From Gammaproteobacteria bacterium (GTDB taxonomy: Bacteria; Pseudomonadota; Gammaproteobacteria; Natronospirales; DASSBR01): a DNA stretch of 64,000 nucleotides. This document shows, piece by piece, positions 19,029 through 27,923 of this stretch. Location of the stretch: positions 67,053 through 131,052 of the forward strand of contig DASSTE010000074.1 of NCBI GenBank assembly GCA_035708085.1, written 5' to 3'. The translations under genes were made by a program, and so were the position numbers. The notes beneath the pieces are model-generated. The model was not told the origin of the DNA. It worked only from the letters and a program-made list of their open reading frames with translations, and did not search any database. Within the stretch, counting starts at the first letter, position 1; each line of letters begins with the position of its first letter.

Positions 19029-19946
19029 CTATGCGGTTGCGGCAGCCGCTTCGCCTTCGTCGCCGCGCAACAATTTCGCGATGCTTTCGCACAACAACTT
19101 TTCCGCATTGCCGGCGATATGGCGGGGATGATACAGCGCGTGAATGGCAAACGTGGGTGCGTCGGCCAGCGGCGCCCGAACTACCAGTGCCTCGTTGGCC
19201 GTGTCTGCGGTGAAGCGGTCCACGATGGTCGCGCCCAGACCTTGCTCGACCAGCGATACAGCGAGGCGATAGGTCTGGACACGGGCGACGATCGACGGCT
19301 CGATGCCGCGCTCGTGCAGGTATCCGCCAATAATTTTGCCCAGGCCCGCGTCGGTCTGCAGTCCGACGAACGGCTGCGCCGTCAGCGCCTTGAGGTTAAG
19401 TCGGGCTTGGCTGTTTTTTTCGGTGCGTGGCGCGAGCATGACGAATTCGCCCTGGCCGAGTTCCTCGGCGGCGATGCCGTCCGGAATGGTGCCGCCCTGG
19501 CTGATGCCGATGTCGAGCTGGCCGGAGAACAGCTTGTCGATGATTTCGGTGGTGTGCAGCGTCAGCAGTTGAAAGCGAATGCCGCGCATTTTCCGGTTTA
19601 CCTGCGCGACTGCTTCCGGCAACACGTGAATCAGCGCGGGGTTGACGGCCACCCGGAGCGCGATCGGCCGGTCGGCGAGGTGCAGGGCGTAGTCCTGGAT
19701 TTTGCGCCAGTGAGCAAAGAAGGAGTTGAGTTCCGGGATCAGAGCCTGCGCTTCGGGCGTCGGTTCAAGCCGCCCGCGGTGGCGACGGAACAAGTCGTAG
19801 CCGAGCCGCTGCTCGGCATGCTTGAGGCTTCTTGAAACAACCGGCTGCGTTACGTGCAGACACTCCGCCGCAGCAAGCGTGCTGCCGGTGCGCAGGACTG
19901 CATCGAGGACCTCGAGGTCACGTAGCCTGAACTGCATGGTGGTCAC
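19029..19946 (-). CDS. LysR-family transcriptional regulator
   Basis: The N-terminal wHTH reads LRDLEVLDAVLRTGSTLAAAECLHVTQPVVSRSLKHAEQRLG. It is 305 aa and divergent from the dadA-like operon. Confidence 0.9.
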   Translation of the reverse strand: MTTMQFRLRDLEVLDAVLRTGSTLAAAECLHVTQPVVSRSLKHAEQRLGYDLFRRHRGRLEPTPEAQALIPELNSFFAHWRKIQDYALHLADRPIALRVAVNPALIHVLPEAVAQVNRKMRGIRFQLLTLHTTEIIDKLFSGQLDIGISQGGTIPDGIAAEELGQGEFVMLAPRTEKNSQARLNLKALTAQPFVGLQTDAGLGKIIGGYLHERGIEPSIVARVQTYRLAVSLVEQGLGATIVDRFTADTANEALVVRAPLADAPTFAIHALYHPRHIAGNAEKLLCESIAKLLRGDEGEAAAATA

Positions 19947-19981
19947 TCCATACTGGTCTGTAATGGTTTACCCGGGGCCAG

Positions 19982-19998
19982 TATAGCAGTTGGCTATA
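19982..19998. promoter_or_regulatory. dyad TATAGCA-GTT-GGCTATA (operator copy 2) between the LysR gene and the dadA-like operon
   Basis: Read directly. GGCGATT lies at 20014-20020, followed by TTTACG (20019-20024), 16 nt, then TATTGT (20041-20046). The site is 36 nt upstream of the LysR start codon. Confidence 0.55.
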
Positions 19999-20077
19999 GT
20001 CGGATTGCATTTCGGCGATTTACGCTGCGGCGGCCGCTGATATTGTGAAGGGGTGGTTTTCACCACTAGTGGGAGAT

Positions 20078-21319
20078 ATGCGCGTTCAAATTATTGGTGC
20101 CGGTATCGTCGGCCTGAGTACTGCGCTTGCGCTGGTGGAACGCGGCTGCGAAGTCGAAGTGCTCGATCCCTTGCCGCCGGGTAACGGGACCAGCCGGGCT
20201 AACGGCGGACAGCTTTCCTACGCTTACATTGCGCCCCTCGCGAGCCCCGAAATTCTGCACAAGCTTCCCAAATGGCTGCTGGCGGAGTCGAGCCCGACCC
20301 GCGTTTACGACGCATTCGACCCGGTATTATGGCAATGGGGGGCGAAATTCCTGCGCGCCTGTACGCGCCGGAAGGCGCACAACAGTGTCGCCTCGCTCGG
20401 GCCGCTGGGCCGGTCGAGCCAGGAGATCCTCAACCGTTGGCGGGCCGATTACAAACTGGATTTCGACTGGCGCGCCAACGGTAAGCTGGTCTTTCACCGC
20501 GATCCGCACGACTTCCACGCGGCACGCGACCAGGTCGCATGGCAGGCTTCGCTCGGCATTGAGCAGCAGATCCTGTCGCCCCGGGAGACGGTCGATCTTG
20601 AGCCGGCGCTCGAGCACCTCGAGCACCAGATCCGCGGCGCCGTGTGGACGCCGACCGAGGAAGTCGGCGATTGCTACAAGCTCTGCCAGGAACTGGCGCG
20701 GACTTTGCGTCAGTTGGGTGGCGAAATCCGCCAGACGCGCGTGACCGGCATCCGGGTGTCGCGCCGCCGGCTGGTCGCGCTGACGACCGACGATGGCGAC
20801 ATCGACAGCTCGGCGACTGTGGTCGCTGCCGGCATTGCATCCCGCAATCTGCTGAAGCCGCTGGGCATCCGCCTGCCGCTTTACCCGCTCAAGGGCTACA
20901 GCCTGACGTATGACGGCATCGACCGTGCTGCCGTACCGAAAGCGAGCGTCACGGACTATTTTCGCAAAACGGTTTGCGCGCGCATAGGCGAACGGCTACG
21001 GCTGGCGGGTATTGCGGATATGGACGGGCAGAACCTGACGATGCGGCCGTCGCGCATGGCGCTGCTGAAGGAGCAGGCCGCCGCGTTGCTGCCGGTGGTG
21101 GCCGCGCGACAGCCGGCCGTCGAGTGGGTCGGCCTGCGACCCGCGACGCCGGATGGCATACCGATCATCGGCACGACCCGGGTTCACGGGCTCTGGGTCA
21201 ATGCCGGTCAGGGTGCGCTGGGCTTTACACTCGCCCCGGCCAGCGCGGTTGAAGTTGCAGAGAAGATCGTCCCTGCGGGCGGCCTGCAGCAGCAAGCTGA
21301 ACGGGAACGCCATGCGTAG
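20078..21319 (+). CDS. dadA: FAD-dependent D-amino acid dehydrogenase (DadA-like)
   Basis: Track ORF 20045..21319 trimmed to MRVQIIGAGIVGLSTALAL (GxGxxG dinucleotide fold, GGAG RBS). The SRANGGQLSY block is typical of DadA. Confidence 0.75.
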   Translation: MRVQIIGAGIVGLSTALALVERGCEVEVLDPLPPGNGTSRANGGQLSYAYIAPLASPEILHKLPKWLLAESSPTRVYDAFDPVLWQWGAKFLRACTRRKAHNSVASLGPLGRSSQEILNRWRADYKLDFDWRANGKLVFHRDPHDFHAARDQVAWQASLGIEQQILSPRETVDLEPALEHLEHQIRGAVWTPTEEVGDCYKLCQELARTLRQLGGEIRQTRVTGIRVSRRRLVALTTDDGDIDSSATVVAAGIASRNLLKPLGIRLPLYPLKGYSLTYDGIDRAAVPKASVTDYFRKTVCARIGERLRLAGIADMDGQNLTMRPSRMALLKEQAAALLPVVAARQPAVEWVGLRPATPDGIPIIGTTRVHGLWVNAGQGALGFTLAPASAVEVAEKIVPAGGLQQQAERERHA

Positions 21320-23003
21320 GACGACCTACATCCTGGCGATCCTGCTGTTGAGTGTCCTCGGGGCGCTTGCATCCGCCGGGGCCGGTGCGCCGGAAACATA
21401 CGACTTGGTCATCCGCAATGGCCACATCATCAACGGCACCGGCTCGCCGTGGTTTCACGGCGATATCGCAATTTCGGACGGTCGCATTGTCGCTATCGGC
21501 CGGCTCGGGAGTGTGCATGCGAAGCAAGTGATCGACGCGCACGGCATGGTCGTCGCGCCCGGCTTCATCGACATGCTGGATCAATCCGCGCTGACGTTGC
21601 TGGTTGACGGCCACGCGCCATCCAAAATATTCCAGGGCGTGACCACGGTCATCACCGGCGAAGGCGAATCCGTCGCGCCGCTTAATGCCGCGATCATCAA
21701 GGAAAACATGCCGGCCTACCGGCACTATCACATCAAGCCGACCTGGCGGACGCTGGGCGGCTATTTCAAGCGGCTGCGAAAGCAGGGCATCGCGGTCAAC
21801 TTCGGCACCTATGTCGGCGCCGCCACCGCACGGGAAATGGTGATCGGCTACGGCGATAGCAAGGCGACGCCGGCTGAACTGAAGCAAATGCAGGCGGTGG
21901 TAGCGCGCGCCATGCGGGCCGGTGCCTTCGGTGTATCGACGGCCCTGCAGTATCCGCCCGCAACCTACAGCACGACGCCGGAGCTTGTCGCGCTGGCGGA
22001 AACCGCGGCGCGCTTCGGCGGCATCTATGCGACCCACATGCGCAGCGAGGGCAACGCAGAGATGGCTGCGCTAGATGAGGTGTTCGCCATCGCGCGCAAG
22101 GCGCACATTCCGGCTGAAATCTTCCATCTCAAGGTGGCCGGCCACCAGAACTGGGGCAGCATGCCGCAGGTAATCGCAAAGATCGACGCTGTGCGCAATG
22201 CCGGTCTCGACGTCAGCGCCGACACCTATGCCTACACCGCCTGGGGCAACGATCTGGCATCGTTTATTCCACCGTGGGCGCATGCCGGGGGCACCGCAAA
22301 GCTGCTTGCGCGGCTCAAAAACCCCCAGACTCGCACGCGGATCGAACAAGATATGCGGACGCCGTCGGATGCGTGGAGCAACGATTGGCTGGAAGTGCCG
22401 GGGCCGCACGCGGTCGAAATCACGTCGGTCGGCAATCCGGCGCTCAAGGGGCTTGAAGGCAGGCGCCTCGACGACATCGCGAAAAGCTGGCACGAAAAGC
22501 CGATCGATACGCTGCTCGACATTTTGATCAAGGATCATGTCGCCACCGACGTCGCCGTCTTCGGCATGTCGCAGCCGGACGTGACGCTCGCGCTCAAGCA
22601 ACCCTGGGTGTCGATCGACGACGATTCGGCCGCGCAGGCGCCGACGGGATTGCTGGGCGAGGGTCATCCGCACCCGCGCGCCTACGCGACATTTCCGCGC
22701 ATCATCGAGAAATACGTCCGCAAGGACCACGTGCTGACGTTGCCGGATGCGATTCGCAAGATGACGGCTTTGCCCGCGCAGCGCATGGGCCTGACGCAGC
22801 GCGGCGTGATCAAAAAAGGCATGTTCGCGGATATCGTGATTTTTGATCCCGCCAAGGTGCATGCGCCGGCGACGTTCGAGAAACCGAAACAGCTTGCCGA
22901 GGGCATGGCGTACGTGCTGGTGAACGGCGTACCGGTAATTGCAAAAGGCAAAATGACACAGGCATTGCCGGGCCGGGTTCTGTACGGGCCGGGGCACCGC
23001 TAA
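21312..23003 (+). CDS. exported N-acyl-D-amino-acid deacylase (D-aminoacylase) family amidohydrolase
   Basis: Track ORF 21153..23003 trimmed to MRRTTYILAILLLSVLGALASAGA (signal peptide). The start overlaps the dadA stop by 8 nt. YDLVIRNGHIINGTG...GDIAISDGRIVAIG...VVAPGFIDML is typical of the family. Confidence 0.75.
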   Translation: MRRTTYILAILLLSVLGALASAGAGAPETYDLVIRNGHIINGTGSPWFHGDIAISDGRIVAIGRLGSVHAKQVIDAHGMVVAPGFIDMLDQSALTLLVDGHAPSKIFQGVTTVITGEGESVAPLNAAIIKENMPAYRHYHIKPTWRTLGGYFKRLRKQGIAVNFGTYVGAATAREMVIGYGDSKATPAELKQMQAVVARAMRAGAFGVSTALQYPPATYSTTPELVALAETAARFGGIYATHMRSEGNAEMAALDEVFAIARKAHIPAEIFHLKVAGHQNWGSMPQVIAKIDAVRNAGLDVSADTYAYTAWGNDLASFIPPWAHAGGTAKLLARLKNPQTRTRIEQDMRTPSDAWSNDWLEVPGPHAVEITSVGNPALKGLEGRRLDDIAKSWHEKPIDTLLDILIKDHVATDVAVFGMSQPDVTLALKQPWVSIDDDSAAQAPTGLLGEGHPHPRAYATFPRIIEKYVRKDHVLTLPDAIRKMTALPAQRMGLTQRGVIKKGMFADIVIFDPAKVHAPATFEKPKQLAEGMAYVLVNGVPVIAKGKMTQALPGRVLYGPGHR

Positions 23004-23015
23004 GGAGGAAAGAAT

Positions 23016-24104
23016 ATGACCGCAAAGAAAACGATAGTATTGCTGTTCAGCCTGACTTTCGCGCTGCTCGCGGTGCAGACCGCCCGCGCGGAAACCTTCA
23101 AGTCCGAGAACCTGTTTTACATGGTCGATACGCTGGATTCGTTTACCAGCTTCAAGAGCCATGCCGACGAAATCTCGATCGTGGTGCCGGCGGCCTATCA
23201 TCTCGACCAGTACGGCACAGTGTACGGCGGCGTCGATCCGCGCGTGCTGACCATTGCCAAGGCGCATCACGTCATGGTCATGCCGATCATCGCGACGTTC
23301 GACCAGCAGGCGATTCATACATTTCTGAACGATCCGCAGGCGCGGGCGCGGGCGATCCGGCTGATGCTGTTTTACGCCAACAAATATCACTATTACGGTT
23401 GGCAATTTGATCTCGAAAATGTGCACGTCACCGACGGCGACGCGTACACAGACTTCTATCGCCAGGCTGCCGATGCCCTGCACAAGCACGGCTACAAGAT
23501 CAGCATGGCGGTGGTGAAGTCGGATCAGCCGGCGCCGAACGCCGGCCATAGCGGATTCAGCCGGTTCCTGTACGAAAACTGGCGCGGCGCGTTCAATTTC
23601 AGAAAGCTGGCGAAGTTCGGCGATTTCATGTCGTTCATGTCCTACGACGAGCACACGTCATTGACGCCGCCCGGACCGGTCGCCGGTATTCCGTGGATGG
23701 TCAACATGGCCAACTACCTGGTCAAGCTGGGCATCGATCCGCAGAAGATATCGTTCGGTATCCCGACTTATTCGGATTATTGGTATCCGGCCTACAGCGA
23801 AAAGAAGGGTCCGCATTCGACCCGCGACGAGATCAGTTACAGAGAAGTCGAAAATTTACTGGATCGCTACCAGGCGCAGCCGCACTGGATGGCGAAGCAG
23901 GGCGTCGATTATGCGCGCTGGACCGATCCCAACGGCGTGTTCAGCTGGATGTTTATCGAGAATGCGCGGTCTTTCGCAAAGAAGCTGCAACTGATTCCGA
24001 AATACCACTTCCGCGGTTTTTCGGCGTGGGTGCTGGGTTACGAAGATCCGGGAATCTGGAAGGTACTTGGCCGGCAGACGCAGCCGGTGCATTACGGCCA
24101 GTAA
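23016..24104 (+). CDS. exported glycoside hydrolase family 18-like protein (D-x-E as FDLE; YaaH/SleL/YdhD-like rather than a classical chitinase)
   Basis: AAGGAGG RBS and signal peptide MTAKKTIVLLFSLTFALLAVQTARA are present. The catalytic-strand motif YYGWQFDLENV corresponds to GH18 DxxDxDxE reduced to D-x-E. By eye it has lower GC than its neighbours. Confidence 0.55.
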   Translation: MTAKKTIVLLFSLTFALLAVQTARAETFKSENLFYMVDTLDSFTSFKSHADEISIVVPAAYHLDQYGTVYGGVDPRVLTIAKAHHVMVMPIIATFDQQAIHTFLNDPQARARAIRLMLFYANKYHYYGWQFDLENVHVTDGDAYTDFYRQAADALHKHGYKISMAVVKSDQPAPNAGHSGFSRFLYENWRGAFNFRKLAKFGDFMSFMSYDEHTSLTPPGPVAGIPWMVNMANYLVKLGIDPQKISFGIPTYSDYWYPAYSEKKGPHSTRDEISYREVENLLDRYQAQPHWMAKQGVDYARWTDPNGVFSWMFIENARSFAKKLQLIPKYHFRGFSAWVLGYEDPGIWKVLGRQTQPVHYGQ

Positions 24105-24111
24105 TTTGTTC

Positions 24112-24139
24112 CGTCGTTCCTGCGCAGTCAGGAACGACG
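24112..24139. terminator. REP-like perfect hairpin CGTCGTTCCTG-cgcagt-CAGGAACGACG between convergent GH18 and glcF
   Basis: 11-bp arms read directly. It is the only structure in the 56-bp convergent gap. Confidence 0.55.
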
Positions 24140-24160
24140 AGAATGGGGTGATGCTGCCAA

Positions 24161-25384
24161 TCAGGTGATGTCCGGGTCATCCAGCAACTCGATCCAATGA
24201 CGCACCGGCACTTCCGCTTCGCTGCCCAGGTGCAGCTGGCAGCCGATGTTGGCGGTGACGATGATTTCCGGGCTGCTCTCCTGCAGCGCGTCGAGCTTGT
24301 TGCGCAGCAACGGCTCGGCCAGCTTTTTCTGCAGCAGCGAATAGGTGCCGGCCGAGCCGCAGCACAGGTGGCTGTCGCGTACCGGCACCAGATCGAAACC
24401 CGCGGTTCTTAAAGCCCGCTCCGCCAGGCCGACCACCTTTTGTGCGTGCTGCAGCGTGCAGGGCGGGTGCCAGGCGATGCGGCGGCCATTGCCGATACCG
24501 GCGAACGCTTCCAGATTCTCGCGTGCCAGCACTTCGCTCAGATCCAGCGTCAGTTCCGCAACCCGCGCCGCCTTGTGGGCGTAATCCGGGTCGTCGCGCA
24601 GCAGATGGCCGTATTCGCGCACCATCGCCCCGCAGCCGCTGGCGGTCATCACCAGCGCCTCGGCGCCGGCGTCGATGTACGGCCACCACGCGTCGATGTT
24701 GCGGCGCATCAACGCCTTGGCCTCTTCGGGCGCTGTCAGGTGATGGCTGATCGCGCCGCAGCAGCCGGCGCCTGCAGGTCGTTGCAAGTCGACGCCCAGT
24801 TTCGCGAGCACGCGCGCCGCCGCCGCATTGGTTGCGGGGGCGGCCACCGGCTGCACGCAGCCGTCCAGCACCAGCATTTTGCGAGCGAGCGCCCGGCTGG
24901 CGGGCCAGATAGTGGATCCTGCACGCCCGGGTGTTTTGTACATGCCGCCGGACAGCCGCTGCGGTGCGATCCGACCCAGCTTGTAGAGCAGGGCGAAGCG
25001 CCTAGGATACGGCACGATCGCGCGCAGCGCGCGGCGCATGATACGCTCCAGGAGGGGTCGCTTTACCTGCGCGTCCACTGCGGCGCGGCCGATATCGGCG
25101 AGCCGGCCGTATTGCACGCCGGACGGGCAGGTCGTTTCGCAGGCGCGGCAGGTCAGGCAGCGGTCGAGGTGCAATTGCGTCTTGCGGCTCGGCGCCTCAC
25201 CTTCGAGCACCATTTTCATCAGGTAGATGCGGCCGCGCGGTCCATCCAGTTCGTCGCCAACCAATTGGTATGTGGGGCAGGTGGCGGTGCAAAAGCCGCA
25301 ATGCACGCAGGCGTGCAAAATGGCTTCGGCCTCGCGGCCGTCGGCGGTCAGCCTGAATTGTTCCGGCAGGTTCGTTTGCATCAA
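24161..25384 (-). CDS. glcF: glycolate oxidase iron-sulfur subunit
   Basis: Two ferredoxin-type motifs are present, CVHCGFCTATCP and CLTCRACETTCP, followed by CCG domains. Confidence 0.85.
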   Translation of the reverse strand: MMQTNLPEQFRLTADGREAEAILHACVHCGFCTATCPTYQLVGDELDGPRGRIYLMKMVLEGEAPSRKTQLHLDRCLTCRACETTCPSGVQYGRLADIGRAAVDAQVKRPLLERIMRRALRAIVPYPRRFALLYKLGRIAPQRLSGGMYKTPGRAGSTIWPASRALARKMLVLDGCVQPVAAPATNAAAARVLAKLGVDLQRPAGAGCCGAISHHLTAPEEAKALMRRNIDAWWPYIDAGAEALVMTASGCGAMVREYGHLLRDDPDYAHKAARVAELTLDLSEVLARENLEAFAGIGNGRRIAWHPPCTLQHAQKVVGLAERALRTAGFDLVPVRDSHLCCGSAGTYSLLQKKLAEPLLRNKLDALQESSPEIIVTANIGCQLHLGSEAEVPVRHWIELLDDPDIT

Positions 25385-26445
25385 AGCTCCGGATACATGC
25401 GACCGCGATTAAAAATGTGCTGCGGGTCCATCGCGTCCTTGAGGCGCTTGTGAAGCCGCATCAGCGGTTCCGGCAGCGGATGATAAGGTGCATCGTCCCG
25501 CTCCGGCGCCCGGAACAGCATAGCGTGTCCGCCATGTCCCGCCGCCGCGGTGCGAATCGTGGCGGCCGGTGCGTCGCTTCTGAGCCAGCGTAGCGCGCCG
25601 CCCCATTCGATCAATTGCTCGCCAGGCAGTTCCGGCAGCGCCGCCGGCGGAAGCGACACGCGCCACAGAGGGCGTTCGCCGCCGAAGAAAGGCCGCCGCT
25701 GCTCGCGGATATCCTGCCAGAATGAATCTGCATCCGGGAGTTCGTCGCCGCCGATGATCGCCCGCGCTTTTGCCAGCGCGCTCGATGTACCGGACAAGCG
25801 CACGTAAAGGTGCTTATTCTCGATGCAGGACGCGGAGATCGGCAGCGGTCTGGCAGCCCAGCGGCACAAGGTTTCAATTGCCTCGCGCAGTGCCGACGGC
25901 TGCGCGAGCGTGATTTCCTCGCGCGGGCGCGGCAGCACTTTCAGGCTCACATCAAGCATCACGCCCAGCGTGCCCATTGCGCCGGCCATGAGCCGCGACA
26001 GGTCGTAGCCGGCCACGTTTTTCATCACTTCGCCGCCGAAATGCAGGATCTCGCCGCGCCCGTTGACGATGCGGACGCCGAGCACGAAATCGCGCGCGGC
26101 ACCGGCATACGGGCGGCGCGGGCCGGAGAGGTTCGCCGCAATCGTGCCGCCGAGAGTGGCGCCGGCGCCGAAATGCGGCGGCTCGAAGGCGAACATCTGG
26201 TCGCGCTCCGCCAGCAGTGCTTCGAGTTCGGCCACGGACGTGCCGGCGCGGGCAGTCAGGACGAGTTCTTCCGGATAGTAGTCGACTACGCCGCAATGGT
26301 TGCCGACTGCCAGCGGCTCGCCCGGCATCTGGCGGCCGAGAAAGCGCTTGGTGCCGCCACCGATAATCGCGACCGGCGTCCGCCGCCCGACCGCATCGGC
26401 AACGCGCGCCCGGATGTCCGCGCTTGAATCGCAAGATGCCGTCAA
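25381..26445 (-). CDS. glcE: glycolate oxidase FAD-binding subunit
   Basis: Track ORF 25381..26619 trimmed to TTG 26445, which overlaps the glcD stop (TTGA). It is 354 aa with an FAD-binding PCMH fold (VAIIGGGTKRFLGR). Confidence 0.75.
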   Translation of the reverse strand: MTASCDSSADIRARVADAVGRRTPVAIIGGGTKRFLGRQMPGEPLAVGNHCGVVDYYPEELVLTARAGTSVAELEALLAERDQMFAFEPPHFGAGATLGGTIAANLSGPRRPYAGAARDFVLGVRIVNGRGEILHFGGEVMKNVAGYDLSRLMAGAMGTLGVMLDVSLKVLPRPREEITLAQPSALREAIETLCRWAARPLPISASCIENKHLYVRLSGTSSALAKARAIIGGDELPDADSFWQDIREQRRPFFGGERPLWRVSLPPAALPELPGEQLIEWGGALRWLRSDAPAATIRTAAAGHGGHAMLFRAPERDDAPYHPLPEPLMRLHKRLKDAMDPQHIFNRGRMYPEL

Positions 26446-27923
26446 AAGCGCTCCAGCTCCGGAAACGGCAACTCGCCTCCGTGGACGTGCAGGCCGCCGT
26501 ACTCGGCACAGCGTTTCAGCAGCGGCACAGCCTTGCCCGGATTGAGCAAACCGTTCGGATCGAACGCCGCCTTGATCGCGTGGAACTGCGTCAGCTCGGC
26601 CGACGAGAACTGGTCGCACATCTGGTTGATCTTTTCGACGCCGACGCCGTGCTCGCCGGTCACCGTGCCGCCGACCTCGACGCAGAGCCTGAGAATGTCG
26701 CCGCCCAAAAGTTCAGCACGCTCAAGCTCGCCCGGCCGGCCCGCGTCGTACAGGATCATCGGATGCAGGTTACCGTCGCCGGCATGGAAGACGTTGGCGA
26801 CCGCGAGGCCGTGCTTGCGCCCGAATTCCTGGATGCGCCGCAACACGAGCGGCAGGTGCTTGCGGGGAATTGTGCCGTCGGTGCAGTAGTAATCGGGGGA
26901 GACGCGGCCCATCGCCGGAAACGCCATCTTGCGCCCGGCCCAGAACCGGGCGCGCTCTTCTTCATCGCGCGATACGCGGGTCGCGCTCGCGCCGCATTCC
27001 GCCATGATGGCGGTGACGCGATCGATGTCGTCGGCGACCGCTTCGGCAGTGCCATCCAGCTCGCACAGCAATATCGCCTCGGCTTCGGTCGGATAGCCGC
27101 TGTGAACGAACGCCTCCGCCGCACGGATCGCTGGGTTGTCCATCATCTCGAGCCCTGCCGGAATAATGCCGGCCGCGATTACCGCACCCACTGCGGCGCC
27201 GGCCTGCTCGACATCACTGAACGCCGCCAGCACGACGCGTGCCGTGTCCGGCTTTGGCACCAGCTTGACGGTGACTTCGACAATCACGCCGAGCATGCCT
27301 TCGGAGCCGGTGGCGAGCGCCAGCAGGTCGAAGCCGGGTGCATCGAGCGCGTCCGCACCGAGCGTCAGCAGCTCGCCGTCGATCGTCACCAATTTCAGCT
27401 TGAGGATGTTGTGCACGGTCAGGCCGTACTTGAGGCAGTGCACGCCGCCGGCGTTTTCGGCGACATTGCCGCCGATGGTGCAGGCGATCTGCGACGACGG
27501 ATCCGGCGCGTAATACAGGCCGTACGGCGCCGCCGCCTCGGAAATCGCCAGGTTGCGCACGCCGGGCTGCACCCGCATCGTGCGGTTGCCGGGGTCGATG
27601 TCGAGAATCGACATGAAGCGGGCGAGGCTCAGCAGCAAGCCGTCGCCCAGCGGCAGCGCGCCGCCGGACAGGCCGGTACCGGCGCCGCGCGCCACCACCG
27701 GCAGGCCGCGTTCGTGGCAGGTGCGCAGGATTTGCTGCACCTGCTCGATCGTGCGCGGCAGCACGGCGACCATCGGCGTCTGGCGATACGCCGACAGGCC
27801 GTCGCACTCGTACGGGCGCAGGTCTTCTTCGGCGTGCAGGATCGCATCGTCCGGCAGAAACCGGCGCAGGGCGGCGATCAGGCCGCGCTTGTCGATGGCG
27901 GGTTTACCGGCGGAAGCAGTCAT
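26442..27923 (-). CDS. glcD: glycolate oxidase subunit GlcD (FAD-linked oxidase)
   Basis: 493 aa with VVARGAGTGLSGGALP and a C-terminal FAD-oxidase domain. It sits in the operon order glcD-glcE-glcF. Confidence 0.85.
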   Translation of the reverse strand: MTASAGKPAIDKRGLIAALRRFLPDDAILHAEEDLRPYECDGLSAYRQTPMVAVLPRTIEQVQQILRTCHERGLPVVARGAGTGLSGGALPLGDGLLLSLARFMSILDIDPGNRTMRVQPGVRNLAISEAAAPYGLYYAPDPSSQIACTIGGNVAENAGGVHCLKYGLTVHNILKLKLVTIDGELLTLGADALDAPGFDLLALATGSEGMLGVIVEVTVKLVPKPDTARVVLAAFSDVEQAGAAVGAVIAAGIIPAGLEMMDNPAIRAAEAFVHSGYPTEAEAILLCELDGTAEAVADDIDRVTAIMAECGASATRVSRDEEERARFWAGRKMAFPAMGRVSPDYYCTDGTIPRKHLPLVLRRIQEFGRKHGLAVANVFHAGDGNLHPMILYDAGRPGELERAELLGGDILRLCVEVGGTVTGEHGVGVEKINQMCDQFSSAELTQFHAIKAAFDPNGLLNPGKAVPLLKRCAEYGGLHVHGGELPFPELERF

